Of a stretch of DNA of 64,000 bases, positions 39,296 to 48,939 are shown one piece after another; positions within the stretch are counted from its first letter, which is position 1; each line of letters begins with the position of its first letter. This DNA comes from an uncultured delta proteobacterium. Lineage in GTDB: Bacteria > Myxococcota_A > Polyangia > Fen-1088. Made by a program: the position numbers and the translations under genes. The stretch lies in assembly GCA_963796685.1 (NCBI GenBank), contig CAWCMR010000005.1, positions 192,001 through 256,000 of the forward strand. The letters run 5' to 3'. The notes below the pieces were generated by a model. That model saw only the letters and a program-made list of their open reading frames with translations, had not been told where the DNA came from and ran no database searches.

Positions 39296-42200
39296 TTATG
39301 GGAAGTACATTCTTTGCCCAAGCATAGCTTTGAACCAGTCGGTAAGAACAAACTCCTGCGGCATTTGGAGGGATGACAATGGAACTGTGTAGCTTTGACC
39401 ACTACTGAATGGGGCAAACATGTTTCCCATTCCCGGTTGCCACTTGCCAGACAAAACATAGTTGACAGCTGTCTTGCCGCCCGTCATGACCCAATCGCCT
39501 GCCTTCAGCCCCTCACTTCCCCAGCGCGAGACAAGGACAAGACGATCAGAGTTTGCCGCAACAACGGCTCCAGTACTACCACCGACGAGTCCCACTTCAG
39601 GTGCAGTTAGACCCAACCCCTCCAATAGACCCGGCGCCGCTGCAACACCAGCAATTCCCACGAGGTCAACGGCAGCTCCCACTGCCGCCCCACGAAGTAA
39701 ACCACTCTGGTACTCCGGCGTCCGTTGCATGGCGTAGTCCGGAAAACAATTGTCCATCGCACACGCGATATCTGGTCTCCTGAGCTTTCCAAGGGACATG
39801 CCCGCTTCATCATCAGGGGCAAGAACCTCGGACAAGTCTCCTCCTCCTCCCCCGCCCCCCTGCTGTGTTGCCTGGTCAACAGGGTTTGTGTGGCTGAAAG
39901 CCATAGACAGGGCGGCGGCGACCATGCCGTTGGCGGCACCTATGACTACGTTGTCGCCGAGGCTGCCGCCGGTGATGGGCGTCATAACCGCTGCCGCGAG
40001 GCCGCCAGCAATAGTGCCTCCCAATAGCTGACCGATGGGGTTACCGCCACCGATCTCCGCGCCGAAGTTCCCGAATGCGTACCCTGTGCCGAAGGCAAAG
40101 GCGCTTGCAGCGATGGTCGAGTCCCATGGGGCACCGGATTCGATCGCCGCGGAGGTGGTAACGGCCGCTAGCGCCATCGCGGCGTAAGTGCACCCGGCCC
40201 CCGAGGTGCCGATGCACACGGTGAGGACGATGAGGGGGCCGAATATCTGCCCGACCCCGGCCAACCCTTCCAACTGGTCTGACCAGAAATTGAACCCCGT
40301 CGGATCCGTGTACCGCAGAGGGTTATCCGCGGCGTAGCTGTAGCGGTTGTAGCTCTGCAGATCTGACGCGAACTGGACGTTAGGGTCGGGCGAAAGAAAA
40401 CGACCGACCGTTGGGTCGTAGATACGCCCGTTCATGTTCACGAGCCCCAGGCTAGGGATCGTTTCCTGGTCGGTAAAACCCCGATTCCCCGCTGGCGAGG
40501 CGAAGGTCGGCGGGTCGGCAACCTGGCCACTTGGGCTGCGGATCGCGCCCCAAGGGTCGTAACCGATCATACTGGCGCCGGGGCCGTCGGCAGGGGCGCT
40601 CGTGACGTGGCCATGTTCGTCGCTCGCCGCCGTCACGGAGCCGATGTGGTCGAAGTGGTGGTACTCGGTCTTGGGTGTTGTCGGGGTCGAAGAATCCTCG
40701 GTTACCACCTGGATGGCAAACGCGCTCCCACCGTGCGCCGCGCCCGCATAGATGAAGTGCGAGTGCTCGACGGTTGCGCCACGCGTCTTGCGCTCGTATA
40801 TGCTCTTGCCCGTAGCCCCAAGGCCCACGTACACCGTGCGCGACAGCGTGCTGTTGCCCGAGCTCCCGAGCGCCCCGTCCCCCGTGCCTACCGCCTGCAC
40901 CACCCGCAACCCATCCGCGCCGTAAATGAAGTCCGCTGTCTTTGTCTCGCTCCCTGTTCCACTGGTTAGCCGCGTCGCTTTGTTGGCCGCGTTCCACTCC
41001 ACCGTGCGGTCACCCACACTTAGCAGGTTTCCGTTCGCGTCGTAATTGTAGGTAGGGCCGTCGTCTATCTGGCAAACTGCGTGGGGGCCCGCATCGCGCG
41101 CTCCCGCCAGGCATCCCGTCCCGTACTTGTAACTCCTGCCTGCCTTGGTTTGCAGGTTCCCGAGTTCATCGTACGTGTAGCTTTCCGGGTCGTAGCCTTG
41201 CGCTGGGACCTGCACCGTAGCACTGAGCAAACGGTCAAGCGAGTCATAGCCGAAGGTCTCGCTCGCGGCTAAGCCGTTTGCGCCGTCCGTGCGCTGGCGC
41301 GCACGCAGGTTTCCCGCCTCGTCAAAGGCATACCCCCACTTCTGGATCACGTTGTCGCCGTCCGCATGTGCCGTGCTCGTCCTGCCGAGCAGCCACCCGG
41401 TCGCGTCGTTGCGCACTGACGCAGTCTCCACCCCGTTCCCTAACACCTCGTCAGTCACCTGTCCCGCCGCGTTCATCGCCGTCGCCTCCCACATCACCGC
41501 ACCGGTGGCGTCGTTCGCAACGTAATGCAGGTATCCGGCCTTTGTGTACACGTACTTCACTGCGAATCGATTGCCCTTGGCCTCAGGATAGCGCAAAAGA
41601 ATCGGACGGCCGAAACGATCATAGCCGTACGTCGAGCGAAACGTGCTGCCATCCGCGCAATCGGTTACCTCGTCCACGTCGCCAAACCCCGTGTAGCGGT
41701 ATGAACGTCCGGCCTGTTTCTCGCCAGCCCCTGGCGCCGGCGCAAACTCTAGCTGGCACGCACCCGCGAGTCGCGAGTCGCTCGGGCTCACCATTGCCGC
41801 GAGCTTTCCGATGCCATGCGGGGCGGCGTCGTAGATCCACCGCGCGGTTCCGCTGTCGTCGTCGCGCTGGACCACCCGCCCCAACGCGTCGTACGTCATG
41901 TAGCTTGGCCTGACTTTGCCGTCGGTCTGAACCACCAGATCGCTGAAGCTGTTGTACTGATAGCCCCAGTCACCAAGGTCCGGATCGTGGGTCGCCTGCT
42001 TGCGGCCACGAGCGTCGTATGTAATATGCACGGCATTGCTCGTGTCCGCGTCCGAGGCGCACACGTCGGTCGGCGACGCAGTGTAAGCCAGGTTGCCGTC
42101 GGCATCATACGCAAACGAAATGGTGACCCCGTTCGCATCGGTAACCGAGGAGATCTTCCCGAGAGCATTCTTGGTTTCGGAGCGCGTCCGCGACTCGCCG

Positions 42201-45200
42201 TTTACCGTGCGTGTCGTCGTTATCGTGGAGCGGTCATACGTTGTATGGGTCGTCGTGGATTGCTCCTGGTTTCCCGGTGCGCCCGTCGCCGTGCCGTCGA
42301 GCACCCCGAGGTCCTGGATCACGGAGCTCACCCGCCCGAGCGAATCGTAGAGACTGATCGTTACGGGGGCCGCCGCCTCCACACTCAAATCGGACGATGT
42401 CGATAGGAACGGCTTTGTCGTCCAGAAAACGCGGCCAAAATTATCGTACAATGTCAGCGCCTTTACGTAGTGGTTGTCAAATGCGCGCGATAAGGTCATC
42501 GTAGTCCGTCCGAGCGCGTCCGTATAGGTCCAGGTGGGGCTTCCTGTGGGTGGCGTCGTGGCGGTTACGACCTTGATCGTGCCCGTAGCTGCGTCGGCAG
42601 GCGACAAGTGCTGGATTCTGGTCGTGATCTGGCCCGACGATCCGCAGCGACCGATCTCAAGGGTCTGACGACCAAGGCCGTCGTACACCTTGCACGTGCT
42701 GATACCGTTCGGTCCGGTCTGCTGCAACAACTTGCCGAACCGCCAGTCGTAGGCCGTCAGTTCGACATGGCCCGCAGCATTGGTCGTCTTGACCGGGTAG
42801 CGGCCAGCTCCATAGGAGAGGCTATCGAAGAGGCCCGTACCGGGCGGAACTGCAAAATCCACCGGATCGTAGCTGATCTGAGTGATCCGATAGGGCAGAT
42901 CGCTCGATCCCGTCGCGCCCGGATCTCCGCAGGACTCGAAATCACTCGCACAGATCGTCGTCCTGACCACGTTCCCGAACCGATCGTATGCGTAAGCGGT
43001 GTGCAGCTCGATGGGCGCTCCAGCCCCCGGCTCGACAGTGGTCTTGAGTAACCCGAGCGTTCCTACCATGACGCCCTCGTTCACGGGCGACGCGAACTGA
43101 TTCACCTGGCCATACTCGAACTTCGTTGTGTGCGTGATAGGTATGGCGAGGCAGTCCTGAGGATAAACCTTCTGGGTCGTTACAGTCGACAGAGTCACCT
43201 TCCCAAGCCGCTCCTCTGGGCTATCGGGATCGCCATAGGCATTCACGATCGTCTTCTGGTATACGTCTTCGCCACTCCCAGTCATCACCGTCGTCGTGAT
43301 CGGGTTTCCCTGCTTGTCGTGCGTGAACGTACTGCTGACTGAGACCGACGGAGCTAGCGACTGGCCCGAGCTTCCTCCTTGCCCATTGTTCAGGGTGGTC
43401 GAGGAAAGGAGGTATTTGTAGTCTATTACGGTCGTGGGGCGTACAAACCGCGTCCTGCCTGTGCTCGCGAATGGATCATCTCCCGTCGCCTGTGGCGTAC
43501 AGCTATTGCCCGTCCCAGGTATCGCATCGCAATACTCGGTAGTGGTCAGGGAGACCAATGCGAGTTCGTTTCGACTCGATGAATCGACGAGATAGCGCGT
43601 TACCTCTAACGGCATCCCAGTATAGGGGAAAGCCTGCAAGTATTGCGTCTTGGTCTCGATGCGCGTGCGGTGGCCGGCTGGCAAACTCCGATCCTCGGGC
43701 CCGGTCACGATGATAGTGCTGAAACCTTGTGGCCCGCGACCGGACGGGCTTGCGCGCAGGTCGCGGTACTCGTAGTCGGTGGTCGCAGTTCCGCCGATGC
43801 CGTCGTCCAGGGCAAGCGAGGCGACCACACGCAGCGGGGTTGTCATGAACGATGTGCCGGGCGCAGGCGGCGGTGGCTGCTGGTCGGACGTGGAGTCGTG
43901 GTAGGTCGGATGACCAGGGCGAGCGGCGTCGCTCTGCGCGTCGGCCGTGGTGATCACCTTGTAGGTTGGTACCGTCTTCCTCGCTAGGCCGTTCGGGAAG
44001 CCCACGATCACCGGCGACCGGAAGGCGTTCCGCCACGACATGGTTGTACTCGCGAGATCTGTCACACCGTCACCATCGAGATCGATGAACGTGGTGCTGA
44101 TATCGCCGGAGAGTCGATTGCCCTTGGGAACACGCGGAACCGGTGCCGGGATGGTGCCCTGCGAATCCTTCGTGCCCAGCGGATCCGTCCACGATGTGGA
44201 CCCGTCAAGGGTGATGAAGGTTTTCCCCGTGTTGAAGAAAACACGGCCTTGCTTGGGTCCCGGGTCCTCGGGAATACTATCAAGCGACATCTTGCGCTGA
44301 ACCAGATCCGCAAGGCCGTCACCGTTGATGTCGACGGGCATGAAGGCATGGTCTTCGACCCTGATGTTGATGTCGTTGCTCTGCGGCGTGAAGTACTGGA
44401 GGCGCTCGGCCCAGGATGACGCGTACTGTGCCGGCTCGTAGCCAGAGCCGGTCGCAAGCGCAATTCTCTCTATGAATGGGATCGACCACGTACCAACTGG
44501 ACACCCCGCCAAGTTCGGCTCTCCCTGCTGCCTACAGCCAAACTGAAGGACATCGTAGAGCCCGTCCCCGTCGAAGTCGGCCTTCGTCTCCATGCCATTG
44601 GGGTAATGGCCGGGGGACAATCCAAGGTCGAAGCTGACCCAGACCGTGCCGTTAGGAGAGACCTTGCCGGTATTTAGGTACGTCTTGCCCTCCGCCGGCG
44701 TGTGGTATTTGCCGACAAGATCGGGCAGGCCATCACGATTCACGTCGAGCAGATCGTAGTCGCTGATAGGAGTGACGCCGCCGTACCTGTCTGAGGCATC
44801 TTCCCACGGAGGGGAAGGGTTTGGCGGGAGCAGAACGCCCTTGTTGATGAGAACCTTCATCGAGCCTGTGGACATCGAGACGATATCAGCTCGGCCGTCT
44901 CCATCCATGTCGATGAGCGCACCATTGCCAGCAGTGAGTTGCACGTGGCTGGCCCAATCGGGCACGGACGGAACGAATGGTATGGCCTGCAACCACATCC
45001 CCTCAGTCCTGATTCGATTCAGCACGACAGTAGGCTGAGCAATTCCCTGGCCGCTGATGTGCATTGCGTCGAGCAAGCCATCGCCGTCCAGGTCCGCGAA
45101 AGCGGTGTTGCCCGGATTTGGATCGTCAACAGAATACCTCCAGACAATTCCCGGCAAGGTCCAGGGCCGTGGTGCCTGTTCGAAGGATGTGCCGGTGTTC

Positions 45201-48200
45201 CGCCATGCGTACGAAGCACTGTCGAGCTGCGCCGACACCAGGTCCAGCCTCCCATCGCCGTCGAGGTCCATAAACCACGTACCCGGAGTGAGAGCATGCG
45301 GCAGCGTGTACCCCGGAGCCTCCACCCAGTCATAGCCGCCACCGTCCCAATCGAAACTCAGCGGCTCGGCGCAGTCGCCTTCGTCAGGGCAGTAGGTGAT
45401 CGACTGTAAGCGGCTCGGGAGCATCTTATCATCTACCGTCGGTGTGGTCGCCGGCCGCCCGTAGTCGAGTTTGTAGACGCCGAGGTCAGTGATGATCCTC
45501 GTGAGCCTCCGATTCCGAGATAGGATCTCCGAAGAGAGCCGGGTAGTGCGGATGTCGGGACGGAGCTCGTACCCAAACTTGACGGACTGGAATGTCGGTA
45601 CCGCGGCGGCATCGTCGTCGGCGGCGGATCCCGGAAGACGCCCCGTGTACGAGATTTGGGACACAATGATGCCACTCGTGCGAAAGTCCTTCTGGTCATT
45701 GTTGTAATGAATCTCGTAGTAGTTGCCCCAGACGTCCACCACCTTCTGGAGCAGCCAGATCCCAGTCGTCCAGTATTGGGGATGGCCGCCCACCATCTGT
45801 ACCCGGGTGGTGTCGTCCTTGCCGTAGTACCTCGTCTCACCGCCCTTCGTGACTACGGTAAACATCGACTCCTCTGCGGATAACGAAGATAGTGTGATCT
45901 CACTGAAGTCGCCGAACTCGGGCTCGTAACGGCGCCCAGTGCCGTCCTGCTTCGCCCCGCGGTCGAACAGACGTTTGCCATCCAGGCAAATGCCGTCATC
46001 GGCGGGTGAGCTGCTCAGCGTCACCGGCTGGGCGAACCCGTCTTCGAAACGAGTCTTCGGGCAGCGATGGATCATCGACAAGCCAGTAAGGTCCCAGCCC
46101 TGACCCGCGATCCCATTTGCGCCCTGGCTCGAGTAGACGAGAGCCAGGTTCGGCACCATTCCGGCGATCCCAGGCGGTAGCGCAATCGGGACCTTGTACA
46201 TGGCGGCTCCGCTCGGGCTGACGGACAACTCGCCGTTCACTGTGCCGGGAAACGCCGAAAGCCCTGCAGTCGGGTCCGGTGCCTCACCAGTGCCGGTGCC
46301 GGTGCCAGTGCCCGTCGACGTGACCGTCGCCGTGCTCGTATCAGTGCTGGTGTCGGTCGTGGTCGCGGTGCCGGTGGCGGTGCTCGTGCTGGTGCTGGTG
46401 TCGGTACTTGTGCACGTACGGGGACCATTGCCCTTGCACACGCCGCTCTCGCAGATATCATCCGTCGTGCACGCGTTCCCATCGTCGCAACTCACGCCAT
46501 CGTCCTCGGTCGGGTTGTTGCAGAGGCCCGTGGTGGTATCGCATGTACCAACACCATGGCACTGGTCGGCCGCGGAGCACTGGATGGTGCGGCCGGCGTC
46601 GGGGACGCAGGAGCCGTTCTGGCAGGTATCGCCCCACGTGCAGGCGCTGCCGTCGGCGCACACGGTTCCGTTGTAGTACTTGGGGTTGGCGCAGTTGACG
46701 GAGCCGGCGCAGCCCATGCACTTGTAGACTTGGTCGGCGACCTCTTTGCTGGCATTGCCCCAGGTGTTGAGGCCGGGGCGGTTCACGCCGCACAAGTCGT
46801 CTGGGCCGCCGCAGGTCTCGGGGCTGCATCCGTGGGCTGCGTAACAGTCCAGATAGGCGCCGCAGCCGGCGCGGTCGCTCTGCACGCCTGCCTCGTAGGT
46901 GCAAAACTCTCCGCACTGGGTGTTGGCCCAGCCTTGCACGCAGGCGTTGGTGGCGGGGGCACTCACGCGAAAGTCGTCGGATTCGAAGGATGCCCCCACG
47001 CTGCCCACGCCTGCCGAGCCGCTGGTACACGAGCTATCCGTTTGGGTGAGAAGCTGCGTGCCGTTGACGAAGGCTTTCAGCGACGTGCCCTGCATGTCCA
47101 GCTTCACATCGTACCAGGTGCCGGCGCTGATGCCGCCAGGCACGGCCACCGGGGTGCCAAGGGTGCTACTGACGCCGGCGACGCGCTTGCCAATCAGCAC
47201 TTTCCCGTCTCCGCGCAGGCCGACGTAGTAGCCGCAGTCCGCGTTCCAGGTGGCGTCGTAGCGGCCCCACAGGGACACCAGCGCGCTGCTCGACGAAAAG
47301 CTGAGCGGCTTGAGGTTCGCCTCGACGGTCGAGTCCATCCACGCCACCCCGCCCTGGGCTTGCGAGATGTAGAGCTGAGACGCGGTGGCGTCGTTCTGGC
47401 GATAGGCCTTGCTGCCGTCGAGCACTACGCTGAAGTTCTGCGCTGCGCCCTGGCGCACGTTCCAAGCACTGCCGTTGCCGGTCTCGAAGTTGTCGCAGAA
47501 CGCCCACGTGCCCACACACGCATTGGTCAAGGTGACGGTGCCGGTCGCCGTCTGGGTGCCCGTCACCGTGGTCGGGACCGTCGTGGTCACCGTGTTGGTC
47601 ACCGTGCCGGTCGGGTGGTAGGTCCACGACTGCGTCCCATTCCCGGTGTTCGAGCCCGTTGCCGTGAGGGTCTTGGTGCCCGTGCCGGCGTAGGTGTGGG
47701 TGCCGACTCCCGTCGTGGGGTTGGTCGAGTTGGCGGTCACCGTGACCGTCACCGCCGGCATGCCCGTCGTGACTCCCGAGACGGTCACGCTGCCGGTGAC
47801 CGTCTTGGTCTCGGTCCCGTTGTAGGGGTTCGTGACGGTGTTCGTGGCGATGGTGCTCTTGGTGCCGGCGCTGATGCTGGTCGTGCTGGCGGTGGCGGTC
47901 TTGTTGTTCGTGGCCGTCGCGGTTCCGGTCCTGGTCCAAGAATAGTAGTAGACATACGCCGTATCCGTGGCCGTCGCCGTCGCCGAAACCGGATAGTAGT
48001 GGCTCGCGTCGGTCTGCACCGAGGTCAAGGTTCCGGTGCCAGTCACCGTCGTCGTCCCCGTCGCCGACTGCGTGTGGGTCGTGCTGATCGTGGTGGTGCC
48101 TGTGGCCGTGATGGTGGGGGGAACACCGGAATCGGGAGCGCCGCCGTCGGCGGGCGGCGTCTGGTCTTTGATTCGCGCTTCGCGCGAACCGGTTGCCAGG

Positions 48201-48343
48201 CCGGCCCCAGCCGACTCGGACATGGCGGGCGCTGGTGTGGTCCCGGTCGAATTGGGCTGCTCGCCTTGTTGGCCGCAGCCCCAGAAGGCTGTTGCCGCCA
48301 ACCAAACCAGAATAGAGTGCCGCGTTTGCCCGAATGTTTTCAT
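39296..48343 (-). CDS. Large lipoprotein-anchored RHS/YD-repeat polymorphic toxin (Thr-rich stalk, beta-sandwich, Cys-rich repeats, SpvB, FG-GAP, TcdB-mid, RHS core, toxin tip)
   Basis: Lipobox-like AFWGC; SVSPSGAAMYKVPIALPPG SpvB; DLDGDG repeats; YD repeats; core GLVNMNGRIYDP..GRFLSPDP...YSYAADNPLRYTDPTG. Confidence 0.93.
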   Translation of the reverse strand: MKTFGQTRHSILVWLAATAFWGCGQQGEQPNSTGTTPAPAMSESAGAGLATGSREARIKDQTPPADGGAPDSGVPPTITATGTTTISTTHTQSATGTTTVTGTGTLTSVQTDASHYYPVSATATATDTAYVYYYSWTRTGTATATNNKTATASTTSISAGTKSTIATNTVTNPYNGTETKTVTGSVTVSGVTTGMPAVTVTVTANSTNPTTGVGTHTYAGTGTKTLTATGSNTGNGTQSWTYHPTGTVTNTVTTTVPTTVTGTQTATGTVTLTNACVGTWAFCDNFETGNGSAWNVRQGAAQNFSVVLDGSKAYRQNDATASQLYISQAQGGVAWMDSTVEANLKPLSFSSSSALVSLWGRYDATWNADCGYYVGLRGDGKVLIGKRVAGVSSTLGTPVAVPGGISAGTWYDVKLDMQGTSLKAFVNGTQLLTQTDSSCTSGSAGVGSVGASFESDDFRVSAPATNACVQGWANTQCGEFCTYEAGVQSDRAGCGAYLDCYAAHGCSPETCGGPDDLCGVNRPGLNTWGNASKEVADQVYKCMGCAGSVNCANPKYYNGTVCADGSACTWGDTCQNGSCVPDAGRTIQCSAADQCHGVGTCDTTTGLCNNPTEDDGVSCDDGNACTTDDICESGVCKGNGPRTCTSTDTSTSTSTATGTATTTDTSTDTSTATVTSTGTGTGTGTGEAPDPTAGLSAFPGTVNGELSVSPSGAAMYKVPIALPPGIAGMVPNLALVYSSQGANGIAGQGWDLTGLSMIHRCPKTRFEDGFAQPVTLSSSPADDGICLDGKRLFDRGAKQDGTGRRYEPEFGDFSEITLSSLSAEESMFTVVTKGGETRYYGKDDTTRVQMVGGHPQYWTTGIWLLQKVVDVWGNYYEIHYNNDQKDFRTSGIIVSQISYTGRLPGSAADDDAAAVPTFQSVKFGYELRPDIRTTRLSSEILSRNRRLTRIITDLGVYKLDYGRPATTPTVDDKMLPSRLQSITYCPDEGDCAEPLSFDWDGGGYDWVEAPGYTLPHALTPGTWFMDLDGDGRLDLVSAQLDSASYAWRNTGTSFEQAPRPWTLPGIVWRYSVDDPNPGNTAFADLDGDGLLDAMHISGQGIAQPTVVLNRIRTEGMWLQAIPFVPSVPDWASHVQLTAGNGALIDMDGDGRADIVSMSTGSMKVLINKGVLLPPNPSPPWEDASDRYGGVTPISDYDLLDVNRDGLPDLVGKYHTPAEGKTYLNTGKVSPNGTVWVSFDLGLSPGHYPNGMETKADFDGDGLYDVLQFGCRQQGEPNLAGCPVGTWSIPFIERIALATGSGYEPAQYASSWAERLQYFTPQSNDINIRVEDHAFMPVDINGDGLADLVQRKMSLDSIPEDPGPKQGRVFFNTGKTFITLDGSTSWTDPLGTKDSQGTIPAPVPRVPKGNRLSGDISTTFIDLDGDGVTDLASTTMSWRNAFRSPVIVGFPNGLARKTVPTYKVITTADAQSDAARPGHPTYHDSTSDQQPPPPAPGTSFMTTPLRVVASLALDDGIGGTATTDYEYRDLRASPSGRGPQGFSTIIVTGPEDRSLPAGHRTRIETKTQYLQAFPYTGMPLEVTRYLVDSSSRNELALVSLTTTEYCDAIPGTGNSCTPQATGDDPFASTGRTRFVRPTTVIDYKYLLSSTTLNNGQGGSSGQSLAPSVSVSSTFTHDKQGNPITTTVMTGSGEDVYQKTIVNAYGDPDSPEERLGKVTLSTVTTQKVYPQDCLAIPITHTTKFEYGQVNQFASPVNEGVMVGTLGLLKTTVEPGAGAPIELHTAYAYDRFGNVVRTTICASDFESCGDPGATGSSDLPYRITQISYDPVDFAVPPGTGLFDSLSYGAGRYPVKTTNAAGHVELTAYDWRFGKLLQQTGPNGISTCKVYDGLGRQTLEIGRCGSSGQITTRIQHLSPADAATGTIKVVTATTPPTGSPTWTYTDALGRTTMTLSRAFDNHYVKALTLYDNFGRVFWTTKPFLSTSSDLSVEAAAPVTISLYDSLGRVSSVIQDLGVLDGTATGAPGNQEQSTTTHTTYDRSTITTTRTVNGESRTRSETKNALGKISSVTDANGVTISFAYDADGNLAYTASPTDVCASDADTSNAVHITYDARGRKQATHDPDLGDWGYQYNSFSDLVVQTDGKVRPSYMTYDALGRVVQRDDDSGTARWIYDAAPHGIGKLAAMVSPSDSRLAGACQLEFAPAPGAGEKQAGRSYRYTGFGDVDEVTDCADGSTFRSTYGYDRFGRPILLRYPEAKGNRFAVKYVYTKAGYLHYVANDATGAVMWEATAMNAAGQVTDEVLGNGVETASVRNDATGWLLGRTSTAHADGDNVIQKWGYAFDEAGNLRARQRTDGANGLAASETFGYDSLDRLLSATVQVPAQGYDPESYTYDELGNLQTKAGRSYKYGTGCLAGARDAGPHAVCQIDDGPTYNYDANGNLLSVGDRTVEWNAANKATRLTSGTGSETKTADFIYGADGLRVVQAVGTGDGALGSSGNSTLSRTVYVGLGATGKSIYERKTRGATVEHSHFIYAGAAHGGSAFAIQVVTEDSSTPTTPKTEYHHFDHIGSVTAASDEHGHVTSAPADGPGASMIGYDPWGAIRSPSGQVADPPTFASPAGNRGFTDQETIPSLGLVNMNGRIYDPTVGRFLSPDPNVQFASDLQSYNRYSYAADNPLRYTDPTGFNFWSDQLEGLAGVGQIFGPLIVLTVCIGTSGAGCTYAAMALAAVTTSAAIESGAPWDSTIAASAFAFGTGYAFGNFGAEIGGGNPIGQLLGGTIAGGLAAAVMTPITGGSLGDNVVIGAANGMVAAALSMAFSHTNPVDQATQQGGGGGGGDLSEVLAPDDEAGMSLGKLRRPDIACAMDNCFPDYAMQRTPEYQSGLLRGAAVGAAVDLVGIAGVAAAPGLLEGLGLTAPEVGLVGGSTGAVVAANSDRLVLVSRWGSEGLKAGDWVMTGGKTAVNYVLSGKWQPGMGNMFAPFSSGQSYTVPLSSLQMPQEFVLTDWFKAMLGQRMYFP

Positions 48344-48382
48344 GGAGCCTCTCGTTGGGGTCTCGATGTCGGCCGGTCATTC

Positions 48383-48398
48383 AGCAAAATTGGTGCCA
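48383..48398 (-). promoter_or_regulatory. Sigma54 (-24/-12) promoter of rhs
   Basis: Minus strand TGGCAC-CAATT-TTGCT, an exact consensus match, ~40 bp upstream of the ATG. Confidence 0.85.
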
Positions 48399-48530
48399 CG
48401 GGTCATGCGCGTGCTCGCCGATATGATTTCAAATAGTTGCGCCCGGCCTGCCTCGCATTCGGTCGACCTGGAAAGCGGCAGTCATACGTTCCCAGGGTGT
48501 CGAGTCATATGACAGAGAGGAGGTGCCGGC

Positions 48531-48713
48531 TCACGCAGTGCCGACGTGCCGGCACCTTTCCTTCCCGGTGAGCAGCACCACGTCGAGCCGTTGAACGCGA
48601 AACGCATCGACCCCGAATTTGGCGAGGCCCCACGCAATCGCGTCCTCTGGGACGATGAAGAGCGCTGCCGGCTGCCCGCTCTGGTCCGGTACGATGGCGT
48701 AAAGGCGCATCAT
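48531..48713 (-). CDS. Small hypothetical protein (60 aa)
   Basis: GAGGAG RBS before ATG; candidate sigma54 promoter upstream. Confidence 0.55.
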   Translation of the reverse strand: MMRLYAIVPDQSGQPAALFIVPEDAIAWGLAKFGVDAFRVQRLDVVLLTGKERCRHVGTA

Positions 48714-48758
48714 GATGTGTTCTCCTCTGCTGATTTTTCCCAGGTGGTTGCGTCAGCA

Positions 48759-48774
48759 AGCAAAGCAATGCCCG
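48759..48774 (-). promoter_or_regulatory. Candidate second sigma54 promoter
   Basis: Minus strand CGGGCATTGCTTTGCT has GG-N10-GC spacing and a perfect TTGCT. Confidence 0.5.
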
Positions 48775-48939
48775 AGCCCAACGCGGCTGCCCACGCACCG
48801 GCGCGAGGCGCGCGCTCAGTCCTGAATCGCAGGCGGTCTGAACGTACCCAGGCGGCGGCACACGGCTGGCCCGTCGTCGAGTCCTATGACTCGCCCCGAA
48901 CAGAGGCCGAGTCATAGTGGCCAGGGGGCGTCGATAGTG

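Larger units (their letters stand above)
31090..39869 (-). mobile_element. Integrative element A (~8.8 kb), currently supplying the 3' end of rhs
   Basis: Cores at 39855-39869 (inside rhs) and 31090-31104; carries tip 1, immunity, SseB, HTH, primase, Xer, ORF, TA, arm. Confidence 0.85.

Noticed and set aside
22216-39869. Assembly duplication or prophage
   Set aside because: The copies differ by many synonymous changes, cargo and tips; there are no capsid, terminase or tail genes
46556-48436. Long plus-strand ORF (and similar Arg/Pro-rich ORFs throughout)
   Set aside because: Antisense or off-frame shadows of real genes in high-GC DNA, with no recognisable motifs
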